Positions 38,516 through 48,945 of a DNA stretch of 64,000 nucleotides are shown here, in pieces. Both the position numbers and the translations under genes were made by a program. Source of the stretch: Roseateles sp. (GTDB lineage Bacteria > Pseudomonadota > Gammaproteobacteria > Burkholderiales > Burkholderiaceae_C); NCBI GenBank assembly GCA_046289335.1, contig JBKBVY010000002.1, positions 1,717 to 65,716 on the forward strand. The letters are read 5' to 3'. How positions within the stretch are numbered: position 1 is the first letter of the stretch; the number at the start of each line of letters is the position of its first letter. The notes beneath the pieces are model-generated. The model saw only the letters and a program-made list of their open reading frames with translations. It ran no database searches and had not been told where the DNA came from.

Positions 38516-39493
38516 TTACATGAACAAATGCTCGCCCGGGTTGGCGCCGCCGAGGATGACGTAGTTGACCCTCTTCAGGTCCGCCAGCTGCGTACCGCCC
38601 GCATAGGAGATGGAGCTCTGCAGGTCTTCCTGCATCTCGCGCAGCGTGTCGCCCAGCTTGCCCTTGACTGGCTCCAGGATGCGCTTGCCTTCCACGTGGC
38701 GGTACTCGCCCTTGTTGAAGTCCGAGGCCGAGCCGTAGTACTCCTTGAACAGCTTGCCGTCCACCTCCACGGTCTTGCCGGGCGACTCCTCGTGGCCGGC
38801 GAACAGCGAGCCGACCATCACCATGCTGGCGCCGAAGCGCACGCTCTTGGCGATGTCGCCATGGTGGCGGATGCCGCCGTCGGCCACGATGGGCTTGGTG
38901 GCCACGCGGGCGCACCACTTCAGCGCCGACAGCTGCCAGCCGCCGGTGCCAAAGCCCGTCTTGAGCCGCGTGATGCAGACCTTGCCCGGGCCCACGCCCA
39001 CCTTGGTCGCGTCCGCGCCCCAGTTCTCCAGGTCGATGACGGCCTCGGGCGTGCCCACGTTGCCGGCGATGACGAAGGTGTCGGGCAGCCGCTGCTTGAT
39101 GTGGGCGATCATGCGCTGCACGCTCTCGGCATGGCCGTGGGCGATGTCGATGGTCAGGTAGTCGGCGCCCAGGCCCTCGGCGGCCAGCTGGTCCACCAGC
39201 GCATGGTCGGCCGGCTTGACGCCCACGCTCAGCGAGACCAGCAGGCCCTTGTCGCGCATGCTGCGCGCATAGGCCAGGCTGTCCAGGTCGAAGCGGTGCA
39301 TCACGTAGAAGTAGCCCTCGCGGGCCAGCATCTCGGTGATGGGCTCGTCCACCACGGTCTTCATGTTGGCGGGCACCACCGGCAGCTTGAAGCGGTGCGG
39401 GCCGAACTGCACGGAGGTGTCGCAGTCCGAGCGGCTCTCCACGCGGCATTTGCGCGGCAGCAGCAGGATGTTGTCGTAGTCGAAGATTTCCAT
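38516..39493 (-). CDS. guaC: GMP reductase
   Basis: [41 protein letters not shown]. Confidence 0.95.
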   Translation of the reverse strand: MEIFDYDNILLLPRKCRVESRSDCDTSVQFGPHRFKLPVVPANMKTVVDEPITEMLAREGYFYVMHRFDLDSLAYARSMRDKGLLVSLSVGVKPADHALVDQLAAEGLGADYLTIDIAHGHAESVQRMIAHIKQRLPDTFVIAGNVGTPEAVIDLENWGADATKVGVGPGKVCITRLKTGFGTGGWQLSALKWCARVATKPIVADGGIRHHGDIAKSVRFGASMVMVGSLFAGHEESPGKTVEVDGKLFKEYYGSASDFNKGEYRHVEGKRILEPVKGKLGDTLREMQEDLQSSISYAGGTQLADLKRVNYVILGGANPGEHLFM

Positions 39494-39538
39494 GGCGTCT
39501 TCCAGTGGGAGGCGCCGGAAATCCTGGGCAGCGCCCAG

Positions 39539-39570
39539 AAAAAACCGGGCGCCAAAGATTTGGGCCCGGT
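39539..39570 (-). terminator. hairpin plus U6 tract in the guaC leader (attenuator-like, or the DUF3422 terminator)
   Basis: Minus strand ACCGGGCCCAAATCTTTGGCGCCCGGTTTTTT, 5 nt downstream of a TAGAAT -10-like hexamer. Confidence 0.7.
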
Positions 39571-39578
39571 GATTGATT

Positions 39579-40904
39579 CTACGCAGCGTGCCCGAAGAAG
39601 CGCCGGTGGATGCGCCGCGTGGTCCACCAGACACCGGCCAGCACGACCGGGATGGCCGCGCCCGCCGCCAGCTCGGGCGTGACCGGCAGCCAGCCTTCTG
39701 CCTTCAGGGCCTTGAAGCCGTACAGCAGCAGGCTGACGACGTAGTAGGTGATGGCCGCCAGCGACAGCCCCTCCACCGTGGCCTGCATGCGCAGCTGGGT
39801 GCGCTGGCCCTCGCCCAGCTGGGCCAGCAGCTGCTGGTTCTGCGCCTCGGTCGCGATGTCCACCCGCGTGCGCAGCAGCGCGCTGGCGCGCTCGATGCGC
39901 TGCGACAGCGCGGCCAGCCGCTGGGCCGTGGCGGCCACGGTGGCGATGGCGGGCGACAGGCGGCGCTGCATGAACTCGCCCAGCGTCTGCGTGCCCGACA
40001 CCTTGCCCTCGTGCAGTTCGTCGATGCGGGCCTGCACGATGGCGTGATAGGCCTGGGTGGCGGCAAAGCGGTACTGGTGCTCGGCCGTGGCGTGCTCGAT
40101 GCGCGCGGCGGTGGAGATCAGGTCGTCCAGCAGCTCGGCCTCGGAGGTACCGCGGCGCTCCAGCCGTGCGGTGATGTCGGCCAGCGTGGTCTCCACCTCG
40201 GCCAGCGTGCCGCCTAGCGACTTGGCCGCCGGCAGGCCGCGCAAGGCCATCAGCCGGTAGGTCTCCAGCTCCAGCAGGCGCTGGCAGATGCGACCGGCGC
40301 GGGTCTCGGGCGTGCCGGGCTCGGCCAGCACGACGATGTGCTCGAAGCCGCTGGCGCGCAGGCAGAAGTCGGTCACCACCAGCGAATGCCCGCCCATCGT
40401 CGAGGCGACCACCGCATGGGCGCCGAACCAGGCCCGCGCCTCGGCCAGCGCGGACGGCGTGAAGGTCAGCGGCCGCTCGACCATGACCAGCTTGATGGCC
40501 GCGAAGGTGCGCCCCGGGATGGCGGCCAGCCAGTCGGGCGCCACGCGCAGCGGCAGGCCGTCCAGCGTCTGCGCACTGGCCTCGGCATCGGCCGGCAGCG
40601 GCTGCACGACCGCGTAGCGGGTGAACTCCGCATGTCGCTCCCATTTCAGCGAGAAATCGCCGCAGCGCAGGCGCAGGAAGTTGGCGTTCAGCGCCTCGGC
40701 GGGCAGTGCTTGCTGGCCCGGCAGGCGGCACAGGTGGGCATGCTCCTGCGCGCGGCTGATGCCGTCGTTGAGCACGGCGACGTGGATGATCACCGCCGGC
40801 AGGCGGATGCGCGCCGGCGGCCGCGCGTGCACCTCGTTGTGCAGCGTCAGGCGCAGGGCGTCGTCCGGAGGGAGCGGGCGGTCTTCGTGCATGTCTCGAC
40901 TCAT
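39579..40904 (-). CDS. DUF3422 family membrane-anchored protein
   Basis: [47 protein letters not shown]. Confidence 0.85.
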   Translation of the reverse strand: MSRDMHEDRPLPPDDALRLTLHNEVHARPPARIRLPAVIIHVAVLNDGISRAQEHAHLCRLPGQQALPAEALNANFLRLRCGDFSLKWERHAEFTRYAVVQPLPADAEASAQTLDGLPLRVAPDWLAAIPGRTFAAIKLVMVERPLTFTPSALAEARAWFGAHAVVASTMGGHSLVVTDFCLRASGFEHIVVLAEPGTPETRAGRICQRLLELETYRLMALRGLPAAKSLGGTLAEVETTLADITARLERRGTSEAELLDDLISTAARIEHATAEHQYRFAATQAYHAIVQARIDELHEGKVSGTQTLGEFMQRRLSPAIATVAATAQRLAALSQRIERASALLRTRVDIATEAQNQQLLAQLGEGQRTQLRMQATVEGLSLAAITYYVVSLLLYGFKALKAEGWLPVTPELAAGAAIPVVLAGVWWTTRRIHRRFFGHAA

Positions 40905-40994
40905 GGCCCCAGGCTAGTGCCTAGGCGTGGCACCAACATGGCTCGATAAGATTCCAGCCTTCGTACATCAGCATCGGCGGCTTACGTCTTCACC

Positions 40995-42128
40995 ATGCAA
41001 CATTCATTCCCCGCCGTGGTCATCAGCGGCACGGGCCTGTACCGCCCGCCGCACGTCATCAGCAACGCCGAACTGGTCCAGGCCTTCAACGCCTATGCCG
41101 ACCGCCAGAACGCGCTGCATGCCGACGCCATCGCGCGCGGCGAGCGCCAGCCCATGGCGCATTCCAGCGTCGAGTTCATCGAAAAGGCCTCCGGCATCAA
41201 GCAGCGCTACGTCATCGAGAAGGACGGCGTGCTGGACCCGGCGCGCATGTACCCGCGCTTCCAGCCCCGGCCGGACGACCAGCTGTCGCTGATGGCCGAG
41301 ATCGCGGTGGATGCCGCGAAGCAGGCGCTGGCCCAGGCCGGCAGGACGGGTGCCGACATCGACGCGGTGCTGTGTTCCAGCGCCAACATGCAGCGCGCCT
41401 ACCCTGCCATGGCGGTCGAGATCCAGCAGGCGCTGGGCGCAGGCGGCTACGGCTTCGACATGAACGTGGCCTGCTCGTCCGCCACCTTCGCGCTGGAGCA
41501 GGCCTTCAATGCGGTGCGTACCGGCTCGGCCAAGTGCGTGCTGGTGGTCAACCCCGAGATCACGTCGGCCCACCTGGAGTGGCGCGACCGCGACTGTCAT
41601 TTCATCTTCGGCGACGTCTGCACGGCCCTCATCGTCGAGCGCGCCGACGCGGCCAAGGGCCCCGACCAGTGGGAGATCCTGGGTACCCAGCTGGCCACGC
41701 AGTTCAGCAGCAACATCCGCAACAACTTCGGCTTCATGAACCGCGCCGAAGACCGCGATCCCGACGCCCGCGACCTGACCTTCTATCAAGAGGGCCGCAA
41801 GGTCTTCAAGGAAGTGGTGCCCATGGCCGCGGCCCACATCGAGACCCACCTGGGCAAGCTGGGCCTGGCGCCGGCCGAGATGCGCCGCTACTGGCTGCAC
41901 CAGGCCAACCAGGGCATGAATCAGCTGGTCATCAAGAAGCTGGTGGGCGCCGATGCCGGCAGCGACGTGGCGCCGCTGATCCTGGACCAGTACGCCAACA
42001 CCGCGTCGGCCGGCTCCATCATCGCCTTCCACCACCACCGCGCCGACCTGAAGGCGGGCGACGCGGGCGTGATCTGCTCCTTCGGCGCGGGCTATTCCAT
42101 CGGCAGCGTGGTGGTGCGCAAGCGCTAG
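40995..42128 (+). CDS. beta-ketoacyl-ACP synthase III-like (long FabH type)
   Basis: NVACSS (Cys), HQAN (His), NTASAG (Asn), CSFGAG. Confidence 0.9.
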   Translation: MQHSFPAVVISGTGLYRPPHVISNAELVQAFNAYADRQNALHADAIARGERQPMAHSSVEFIEKASGIKQRYVIEKDGVLDPARMYPRFQPRPDDQLSLMAEIAVDAAKQALAQAGRTGADIDAVLCSSANMQRAYPAMAVEIQQALGAGGYGFDMNVACSSATFALEQAFNAVRTGSAKCVLVVNPEITSAHLEWRDRDCHFIFGDVCTALIVERADAAKGPDQWEILGTQLATQFSSNIRNNFGFMNRAEDRDPDARDLTFYQEGRKVFKEVVPMAAAHIETHLGKLGLAPAEMRRYWLHQANQGMNQLVIKKLVGADAGSDVAPLILDQYANTASAGSIIAFHHHRADLKAGDAGVICSFGAGYSIGSVVVRKR

Positions 42129-42868
42129 AACCGCAGGGACACGCCGACCGTCCCTGCCCAATCGGGTGCGGGGCGGGAGAGCCCGCGGAAGATCGCGGCA
42201 TCCAGGCGGGCATTGCTGCCCAGCTGCCAGGTCAGCCCCGTGCCCAGGGTGACGACGTTGCCGCCGTGCCGGGCCGGTGCAAGACGCTGTGCGGCCGCCT
42301 CGACAAAGCCGCCCAGTGGCTCGCCCAGCGGCAGCCCCAGGCTGGCCGACAGCATGGCGCCCGTGTAGCGCCGGCCGCTCTCGTCGCGGTCGCTCACGAG
42401 GCCGGCCATGGTGCCTAGCGAATAGCCCCGTGGCAGTTCCCAGGCGGCCAGCAGGGCTGCGGCGGGCCGCATGCCCCGGCCCTTGAAGTCGCCGCTGCCC
42501 GTGGGGGTTGCGAGCTGCAGCAGCCAGCCGAGTGCCGGGCCATCATCGCTTGCGTCGCTCTGTTTCCACTTCAGCCCGACGCTCATGTCGCCTCGCCCGC
42601 GAGCCAGTGGCGCACGCTGGCGAAGCAGCCCCTCGCTCTCCAGCCGCAGCTCCAGCGCATGACCCAGCCCCAGGCGCAACAGCGTGGGCGTGGCCCGCTG
42701 ACGGGTGGCGCCGTCGCGCTGCCATGCCCCGCTGGTTTCCAGCTGAAGGCGTCCGGCAGCGATCACCTCGGGGCCGTTCGTGAAGTCCGGTCGGTCCGGC
42801 GAGATGCCCTCGTCGGCCAGGGCCGGCAGCGCGGCAAGCAACAGGCAGGGAGCGAAACGCGTCAGGAT
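42125..42868 (-). CDS. outer-membrane beta-barrel 'transporter' (MetA-pathway/phenol degradation-like); start uncertain
   Basis: Signal peptide then PDRPDF, GRLQLE, LRLGL, GDMSVGLKW; C-terminal Phe (GVSLRF). Confidence 0.7.
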   Translation of the reverse strand: MLTRFAPCLLLAALPALADEGISPDRPDFTNGPEVIAAGRLQLETSGAWQRDGATRQRATPTLLRLGLGHALELRLESEGLLRQRAPLARGRGDMSVGLKWKQSDASDDGPALGWLLQLATPTGSGDFKGRGMRPAAALLAAWELPRGYSLGTMAGLVSDRDESGRRYTGAMLSASLGLPLGEPLGGFVEAAAQRLAPARHGGNVVTLGTGLTWQLGSNARLDAAIFRGLSRPAPDWAGTVGVSLRF

Positions 42869-42971
42869 CGTGGCAGGGTGCGAAAGCTTGCGGGCAACTG
42901 TAGGGCCAGGCACGCGGCGCGGCGATTGCCGGTAGGCCGGGTCCGCCGAGGCGTCGGCTATCGTGTCGGCC

Positions 42972-44405
42972 ATGAGCGACCTGACCTTCTTCTGGCACGA
43001 CTACGAGACCTTCGGCCGCGTCCCGCGGCGCGACCGCCCGGCGCAGTTCGCCGGCCTGCGTACCGATGCCGAGCTCAACGAGGTCGGCGAGCCGTTGATG
43101 CTGTACTGCCAGCCGGCGCCCGACTACCTGCCCGACCCCGAGTCCTGCCTGCTCACCGGCATCCTGCCGCAGCACTGCCTGGAGCGCGGTGTGCCGGAGC
43201 ATGAATTCGCGGCCGCCATCGAGACCGTGCTGGCCCTGCCCGGCACCATCGGCGTGGGCTACAACAGCATCCGCTTCGACGACGAGGTCACGCGGCATCT
43301 GTTCTGGCGCAACCTCATCGACCCCTATGGCCGCGAGTGGCAGAACGGCTGCGGCCGCTGGGACCTACTGGACGTGGTGCGCTGCGCCTATGCGCTGCGG
43401 CCTGACGGCCTCGAATGGCCCCGGCACGAGGACGGCCGCCCCAGCTTCAAGCTGGAGCACCTGACCGCCGCCAACGGCCTGGCCCACGAGGCGGCGCACG
43501 ATGCGCTGTCCGACGTGCGCGCCACCGTGGCGCTGGCGCGCAAGCTGCGCCAGGCCCAGCCCAAGCTGTGGGACTTCTGCCTCAAGCTGCGCACCAAGCA
43601 GGCCGTGTGGGACGAGATCGGCGTGGGCAAGCCCTTCCTGCACGTGTCGGGCATGTACGGGCCGGAGCGCGGCTGCATCGCGCTGGTCTGGCCGCTGGCG
43701 CCACACCCCACCAACAAGAACGAGCTCATCGTTTGGGACTGCGCCGCCTCGCCCGAGGAACTGCTGACGCTGAGCGCCGCGGCCATCCGAGAGCGCATGT
43801 TCACCAAGCAGGACGAACTGCCCGAGGGCGTCACGCGGCTGCCGATCAAGACCATCCACGTCAACAAGAGCCCCATCGTCATCGGCAACCTGAAGACGCT
43901 CAGCCCGGCGATGGCCCAGCGCTGGGGGCACGACCTGGAGGCCCAGCTGGCCCATGCGCGGCTGCTGGCCGAGAAGGGTCGGCTGCTGGATGGCCTGTGG
44001 CCGGACGTGTTCCAGCGCGAGCCTTTCGCCCCCGCCGATGTGGACGAAGACCTCTACGGCGGCTTCATCGGCAACGAGGACCGCCGCGCGCTGAACCGCG
44101 TGCGCACGATGACGCCGGAGCAGCTCACCGAGCGCGCGGCCCAAGGCAAGCTGGCCTTCCAGGACGGGCGGCTGGACGAGTTGGTCTTCCGCTGGCGTGC
44201 ACGCAACTTCCCGGCCAGCCTGTCGGCGGCCGAGGCCGAGCGTTGGCTGGCCCATCGCGCCGCGCGGCTGCACGAAGGCGAGGGCGGGGCGCAGACGCTG
44301 GCCGCCTTCATGGAGCGTATCGATGCGCTGGGCGAGACGGCGGACGAGCGCGGCGAGGCCATCCTGTCGGCGCTGTACGACTATGCGGAGCAGGTCGCGC
44401 CTTAG
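42972..44405 (+). CDS. sbcB: exodeoxyribonuclease I
   Basis: WHDYETFG, DRPAQFAG, GYNSIRFDDE, AHDALSDV. Confidence 0.96.
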   Translation: MSDLTFFWHDYETFGRVPRRDRPAQFAGLRTDAELNEVGEPLMLYCQPAPDYLPDPESCLLTGILPQHCLERGVPEHEFAAAIETVLALPGTIGVGYNSIRFDDEVTRHLFWRNLIDPYGREWQNGCGRWDLLDVVRCAYALRPDGLEWPRHEDGRPSFKLEHLTAANGLAHEAAHDALSDVRATVALARKLRQAQPKLWDFCLKLRTKQAVWDEIGVGKPFLHVSGMYGPERGCIALVWPLAPHPTNKNELIVWDCAASPEELLTLSAAAIRERMFTKQDELPEGVTRLPIKTIHVNKSPIVIGNLKTLSPAMAQRWGHDLEAQLAHARLLAEKGRLLDGLWPDVFQREPFAPADVDEDLYGGFIGNEDRRALNRVRTMTPEQLTERAAQGKLAFQDGRLDELVFRWRARNFPASLSAAEAERWLAHRAARLHEGEGGAQTLAAFMERIDALGETADERGEAILSALYDYAEQVAP

Positions 44406-44479
44406 ACCGTGATCTGCCGCATGGTCTTCGCAGGCCAGTCCTGCGATAGTCAGACCCTGAAGAAAGCCCAGGAGACCCC

Positions 44480-45412
44480 ATGAGCAGCACTGCAACCGCC
44501 CCCGCCGAAGACCTGACCGCCGCGCGCCTGCGTGCGCTGCTGGTGCGGGCACCGACGGCCATCGCCTTCGTGTCCGGCCAGCGCTTCGAGGTCGTCAGCG
44601 AGGAGTTCAACCACCTGTTCGGCTTTGGCGACGACAGCGACCTGACCGGGCAGTCCACGCGGACGGTGCACACCAACGACCTGGCGCATGCGCAGCTGCA
44701 GGAGCGTGCCGCCGCCGCCTTCGCCGCGGGCCGGCCGCTGGACGAGGAGATCGAGTACGTCAAGCGCGACGGGCATCGCTTCTGGGGCCGCCTGCAGGCC
44801 ACGCCGGTGCACTGGGACAAGCCGGCCGACGAGGCCTTGTGGATCATCGAGGACGTGACCGCCGCCCGCGCCCAGCGCCTGCAGCCCACCTGGACGGCCA
44901 AGCACGACATGGTCACCGAGCTGGCCAACCGCCGCGAGTTCGAGCGCCGCCTGTCCGAGCATGTCGGCAGCCGGCGCAACGAGCCGGTGTCGGTGCTGTG
45001 GCTGGACGTGGACAGGTTCGCCGACGTGGTCAAGGGCATGGGCCCGGAGGTGGGAGACCATTACCTGTACGGCCTGGGCCAGATGCTGATCGGCAAGGTG
45101 CGGGCGTCCGACCTGGTGGCGCGGCTGGAGGAAGACCATTTCGCCATCCTGCTGCCCGATTGCGATGCGCACTACGCGCAGATCATTGCCGAGAAGATCC
45201 GGGCTGCCGTCGCGGGCTACCGGCTGCGCTGGGGCCTGCACCGCACGCGCGTGAAGGCGTCGCTGGGCGTGGTGCAGATCCAGCCCACGCTGACCTCGGT
45301 GGACGCGGTGCTGGGCGGGGCCGCGCTGGCCTGCACCGAGGCCAAGGCGGCCGGCGGCGACAGCGTGCGGGTGTACGTGCCAGCCGGCGGCTACGAGGAG
45401 CTGGCGGGCTGA
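44480..45412 (+). CDS. PAS + degenerate GGDEF domain protein
   Basis: PAS (KRDGHRFWG), HDMVTELANRR, LDVDRF, RASD...RLEEDHF. Confidence 0.85.
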   Translation: MSSTATAPAEDLTAARLRALLVRAPTAIAFVSGQRFEVVSEEFNHLFGFGDDSDLTGQSTRTVHTNDLAHAQLQERAAAAFAAGRPLDEEIEYVKRDGHRFWGRLQATPVHWDKPADEALWIIEDVTAARAQRLQPTWTAKHDMVTELANRREFERRLSEHVGSRRNEPVSVLWLDVDRFADVVKGMGPEVGDHYLYGLGQMLIGKVRASDLVARLEEDHFAILLPDCDAHYAQIIAEKIRAAVAGYRLRWGLHRTRVKASLGVVQIQPTLTSVDAVLGGAALACTEAKAAGGDSVRVYVPAGGYEELAG

Positions 45413-45469
45413 TTTCACGCCGGGCCGGGCGGTGATCCCGTGACATGAGGGGTTTTTCGTCGTTTGTTC

Positions 45470-45496
45470 TAAAGTTCAGCCCAGCCCGGTCGATGT
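45470..45496 (+). promoter_or_regulatory. putative sigma28 (FliA) promoter
   Basis: TAAAGTTC-N11-GTCGATGT versus consensus TAAAGTTT-N11-GCCGATAA. Confidence 0.65.
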
Positions 45497-45525
45497 AGCG
45501 GCCATAGCGCTAGAAGGTTGAGACC

Positions 45526-45798
45526 ATGAACGTCGCCCTGTCCACCGCCTTGTCCGGCATCTCCGCCGCGAACGAGCGCCTGCGCGCGTCGGCGGCCAAC
45601 GTCGCCAACCTGGCCACCAGCAACCAGGCCCGCCCCAGCGTCGAGCCGACCAATGTCGACAAGGCGCCCGAGCGCGAGATCAACCCGGCCAACGAGGTCG
45701 TGGAGCAGCAGTCGGCCGCCTATGCCTTCGTTGCCAACCTGAAGGTGTTGCAGACGCAGATCAACACCACCGGCGCGCTGCTGGACATCAAGGCCTGA
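45526..45798 (+). CDS. small flagellar basal-body rod/hook-like protein (N- and C-terminal D0 segments only)
   Basis: ALSGI...SAANVANLAT and INPANEVVEQQSAAYAFVANLKVLQT...LLDIKA. Confidence 0.8.
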   Translation: MNVALSTALSGISAANERLRASAANVANLATSNQARPSVEPTNVDKAPEREINPANEVVEQQSAAYAFVANLKVLQTQINTTGALLDIKA

Positions 45799-45827
45799 GC
45801 GCCGGCCGCCGGCGGTACGCAGGGATC

Positions 45828-45849
45828 AGCGACCTTCGGGTCGCTTTTT
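45828..45849 (+). terminator. intrinsic terminator
   Basis: AGCGACC-TTCG-GGTCGCT-TTTT. Confidence 0.8.
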
Positions 45850-45861
45850 CATGCCTGCAGG

Positions 45862-45893
45862 AAAAAGCCCGCCGGGCTTGCGCGCGGCGGGCT
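45862..45893 (-). terminator. intrinsic terminator of acnB
   Basis: AGCCCGCCG...CGGCGGGCT stem with a T tract on the minus strand. Confidence 0.7.
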
Positions 45894-45912
45894 GCGGTGA
45901 AGCCGCTGGGCT

Positions 45913-48516
45913 TCAGCAGGTGGCGGCGGTCGCCACGTTCTTGGCGGTCTCCGCGTACTCCTCGATCTGGTCGAAGTTCATATAGCGGTACACGCTCGCG
46001 GCATCCTTGTTGATGATGCCCATGGCCTCGTGGTACTCGGCCACCGTCGGGATCCTGCCCAGCTTGGACGCAATGGCGGCCAGCTCGGCCGAGGCCAGGA
46101 ACACGTTGGTGTTCTTGCCCAGGCGGTTGGGGAAGTTGCGGGTCGACGTGGACACCACGGTCGCGCCCTCGCGCACCTGGGCCTGGTTGCCCATGCACAG
46201 GCTGCAGCCCGGCATTTCGGTGCGGGCACCGGCGGTGCCGAAGGCGGCGTAATGGCCTTCCTTGATCAGCTCGCTCTGGTCCATCTTGGTGGGCGGGGCG
46301 ACCCACAGCTTGACCGGGATGTCGCGCTGGCCGCCCAGCAGCTTGGCCGCGGCGCGGAAGTGGCCGATGTTGGTCATGCACGAGCCGATGAAGGCCTCGT
46401 CGATCTTGGTGCCGGCGACTTCGGACAGCGTCTTCGCGTCATCTGGATCGTTGGGGCAGCAGAGGATGGGCTCCTTGATGTCGGCCAGATCGATTTCGAT
46501 GACGGCCGCGTATTCGGCGTCCTTGTCGGCTTCCAGCAGCTGCGGGTTGGCCAGCCAGGCCTCGACCTTCTCGATGCGGCGCTGCAGCGTCTTCGCGTCC
46601 TGGTAGCCGTCGGCGATCATGTTCTTCATCAGCACGACGTTGGAGGTCAGGTACTCCTTGATCGGCTCGGGGTTGAGCTTGATCGTGCAGCCGGCCGCCG
46701 AGCGTTCGGCGGAGGCGTCGCTCAGCTCGAAGGCTTGCTCCACCTTCAGGTCGGGCAGGCCTTCGATCTCCAGGATGCGACCCGAGAAGATGTTCTTCTT
46801 GCCGGCCTTGGCGACGGTCAGCAGGCCGGCCTTGATCGCATACAGCGGGATGGCGTGCACCAGGTCGCGCAGCGTGACGCCCGGCTGCATCTGGCCCTTG
46901 AAGCGCACCAGCACCGACTCCGGCATGTCCAGCGGCATCACGCCGGTGGCGGCGCCGAAGGCCACCAGGCCCGAGCCCGCGGGGAAGGAGATGCCGATGG
47001 GGAAGCGGGTGTGCGAGTCGCCGCCGGTGCCCACCGTGTCGGGCAGCAGCAGGCGGTTCAGCCAGCTGTGGATGACGCCGTCGCCCGGGCGCAGGGCCAC
47101 GCCGCCGCGGTTGCTGATGAAGGCGGGCAGCTCGCGGTGGGTCTTCACGTCCACAGGCTTCGGGTAGGCGGCCGTGTGGCAGAAGGACTGCATGACCAGA
47201 TCGGCCGAGAAGCCCAGGCAGGCCAGGTCCTTCAGCTCGTCGCGGGTCATGGGGCCGGTGGTGTCCTGGGAGCCGACGGTGGTCATCTTGGGCTCGCAGT
47301 AGGTGCCCGGGCGGATGCCCTGGCCTTCCGGCAGGCCGCAGGCACGACCGACCATCTTCTGGGCCAGCGTGAAGCCCTTGCCGGTGTCCTTGGGCGCGAC
47401 CGGCAGGCGGAACGCGGTGGAGGCGGGCAGGCCCAGGAACTCGCGCGCCTTGGCGGTCAGCGAGCGGCCGATGATGAGGTTGATGCGGCCGCCGGCGCGC
47501 ACTTCGTCCAGCAGCACGTCGCTCTTGAGCTTGAACTCGGCGACGACCTCGCCGTTCTTCAGCAGCTTGCCGTCATAGGGCAGCACGTCGATGACGTCGC
47601 CCATCTCCAGCTTGGACACGTCCACCTCGATGGGCAGCGAGCCGGAGTCTTCCTGCGTGTTGAAGAAGATGGGGGCGATCTTGCCGCCCAGCGTCACGCC
47701 GCCGAAGCGCTTGTTCGGCACGAAGGGGATGTCCTGGCCGGTGGCCCAGATGACGCTGTTGGTGGCGGACTTGCGGCTGGAGCCGGTGCCGACCACGTCG
47801 CCCACGTAGGCCACCAGGTGACCCTTCTTCTTCAGGTCCTCGATGAACTGCATCGGGCCGCGCTTGCCGTCTTCCTCGGGCTTGAAGGCCGCGTCCGGGC
47901 GGGTGTTCTTCAGCATGGCCAGGTAGTGCAGCGGGATGTCCGGGCGGCTCCAGGCGTCGGGGGCAGGGGACAGGTCGTCGGTGTTGGTCTCGCCGGGCAC
48001 CTTGAAGACGGTGACGGTGATCTTCTTCTCGACCTCGGGGCGGCTGGTGAACCACTCGGCGTCGGCCCAGCTCTTCATCACTTCCTGGGCCTTGGCATTG
48101 CCGGCCTTGGCCTTGGCGGCGACGTCGTTGAAGTAGTCGAACATCAGCAGGGTCTTCTTCAGACCCTCGGCCGCGACGCCCGCCACTTCGGCATCGTCCA
48201 GCAGCTCGATCAGCGGATGCACGTTGTAGCCGCCCACCATGGTGCCCAGCAGCTCGGTCGCCTTGGACCTGGAGATCAGGCCGACCGTGATGTCGCCATG
48301 CGCGACGGCGGCCAGGAACGAGGCCTTGACTTTGGCGGCGTCGTCAACGCCCGGCGGCACGCGGTGCGTCAGCAGGTCCAGCAGGAAGGCCTCTTCGCCG
48401 GCCGGCGGGTTCTTGATGAGCTCGATCAGCTCGGCCACCTGCTTGGCATCCAGCGGCAGGGGCGGGATGCCGAGGGCGGCGCGCTCGGCGGCATGTTGGC
48501 GGTAGGCGGCAAGCAT
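45913..48516 (-). CDS. acnB: aconitate hydratase B
   Basis: [45 protein letters not shown]. Confidence 0.98.
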   Translation of the reverse strand: MLAAYRQHAAERAALGIPPLPLDAKQVAELIELIKNPPAGEEAFLLDLLTHRVPPGVDDAAKVKASFLAAVAHGDITVGLISRSKATELLGTMVGGYNVHPLIELLDDAEVAGVAAEGLKKTLLMFDYFNDVAAKAKAGNAKAQEVMKSWADAEWFTSRPEVEKKITVTVFKVPGETNTDDLSPAPDAWSRPDIPLHYLAMLKNTRPDAAFKPEEDGKRGPMQFIEDLKKKGHLVAYVGDVVGTGSSRKSATNSVIWATGQDIPFVPNKRFGGVTLGGKIAPIFFNTQEDSGSLPIEVDVSKLEMGDVIDVLPYDGKLLKNGEVVAEFKLKSDVLLDEVRAGGRINLIIGRSLTAKAREFLGLPASTAFRLPVAPKDTGKGFTLAQKMVGRACGLPEGQGIRPGTYCEPKMTTVGSQDTTGPMTRDELKDLACLGFSADLVMQSFCHTAAYPKPVDVKTHRELPAFISNRGGVALRPGDGVIHSWLNRLLLPDTVGTGGDSHTRFPIGISFPAGSGLVAFGAATGVMPLDMPESVLVRFKGQMQPGVTLRDLVHAIPLYAIKAGLLTVAKAGKKNIFSGRILEIEGLPDLKVEQAFELSDASAERSAAGCTIKLNPEPIKEYLTSNVVLMKNMIADGYQDAKTLQRRIEKVEAWLANPQLLEADKDAEYAAVIEIDLADIKEPILCCPNDPDDAKTLSEVAGTKIDEAFIGSCMTNIGHFRAAAKLLGGQRDIPVKLWVAPPTKMDQSELIKEGHYAAFGTAGARTEMPGCSLCMGNQAQVREGATVVSTSTRNFPNRLGKNTNVFLASAELAAIASKLGRIPTVAEYHEAMGIINKDAASVYRYMNFDQIEEYAETAKNVATAATC

Positions 48517-48537
48517 CAGGTTCTCCAGTGAAACAGC

Positions 48538-48945
48538 TTAGGGGTGGGCCGGGACGATGATCCTCAGCCCCTTGAAATAGTCGCGGTAGAAGCCCGCGTC
48601 GCGGGTGATCAGGGCGTCGCACTGCATCATGGCGTGGGCGCCGATGAGGAAGTCGGCCACCGTGCGGCTGCGGTTGCCGCCGCGCTGGCGGTAGCGCCGC
48701 TGCATCTCGCCAGCACGCAGCGCGGACTTGGCCTCCATGGGGTCGAAGCGGATGCCCAGCTCCTCCAGGAAGCGCAGCACCTCGGCGCCGCCCTGGAAGG
48801 CCGTGCAGATCTCGGCCAGGGCGACCTCGCTGAGCACCACCGGGCCGACGCGCAGCGCCTGGCGCACCGCCTCGGCGGCGGCAGCACTTGCGTCCTCGCT
48901 GCCGGCGATGACGTCGATCAGCACCGAAGAGTCGGCCGCGATCAA
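48538..48945 (-). CDS. vapC: VapC/PIN-domain toxin
   Basis: TTG start overlapping the antitoxin stop; DSSVLID, E, ADFLIGAHA, LITRD acidic PIN residues. Confidence 0.88.
   Translation of the reverse strand: MIAADSSVLIDVIAGSEDASAAAAEAVRQALRVGPVVLSEVALAEICTAFQGGAEVLRFLEELGIRFDPMEAKSALRAGEMQRRYRQRGGNRSRTVADFLIGAHAMMQCDALITRDAGFYRDYFKGLRIIVPAHP

Noticed and set aside
35613-39449. 1278-aa ValS with a long N-terminal extension
   Set aside because: The extension overlaps guaC in another frame; homology begins at [10 protein letters not shown] (38435)
44405-44447. Two small hairpins upstream of the PAS-GGDEF gene as a c-di-GMP riboswitch
   Set aside because: No GNRA tetraloop/receptor or other GEMM consensus features; could be chance pairing in GC-rich DNA
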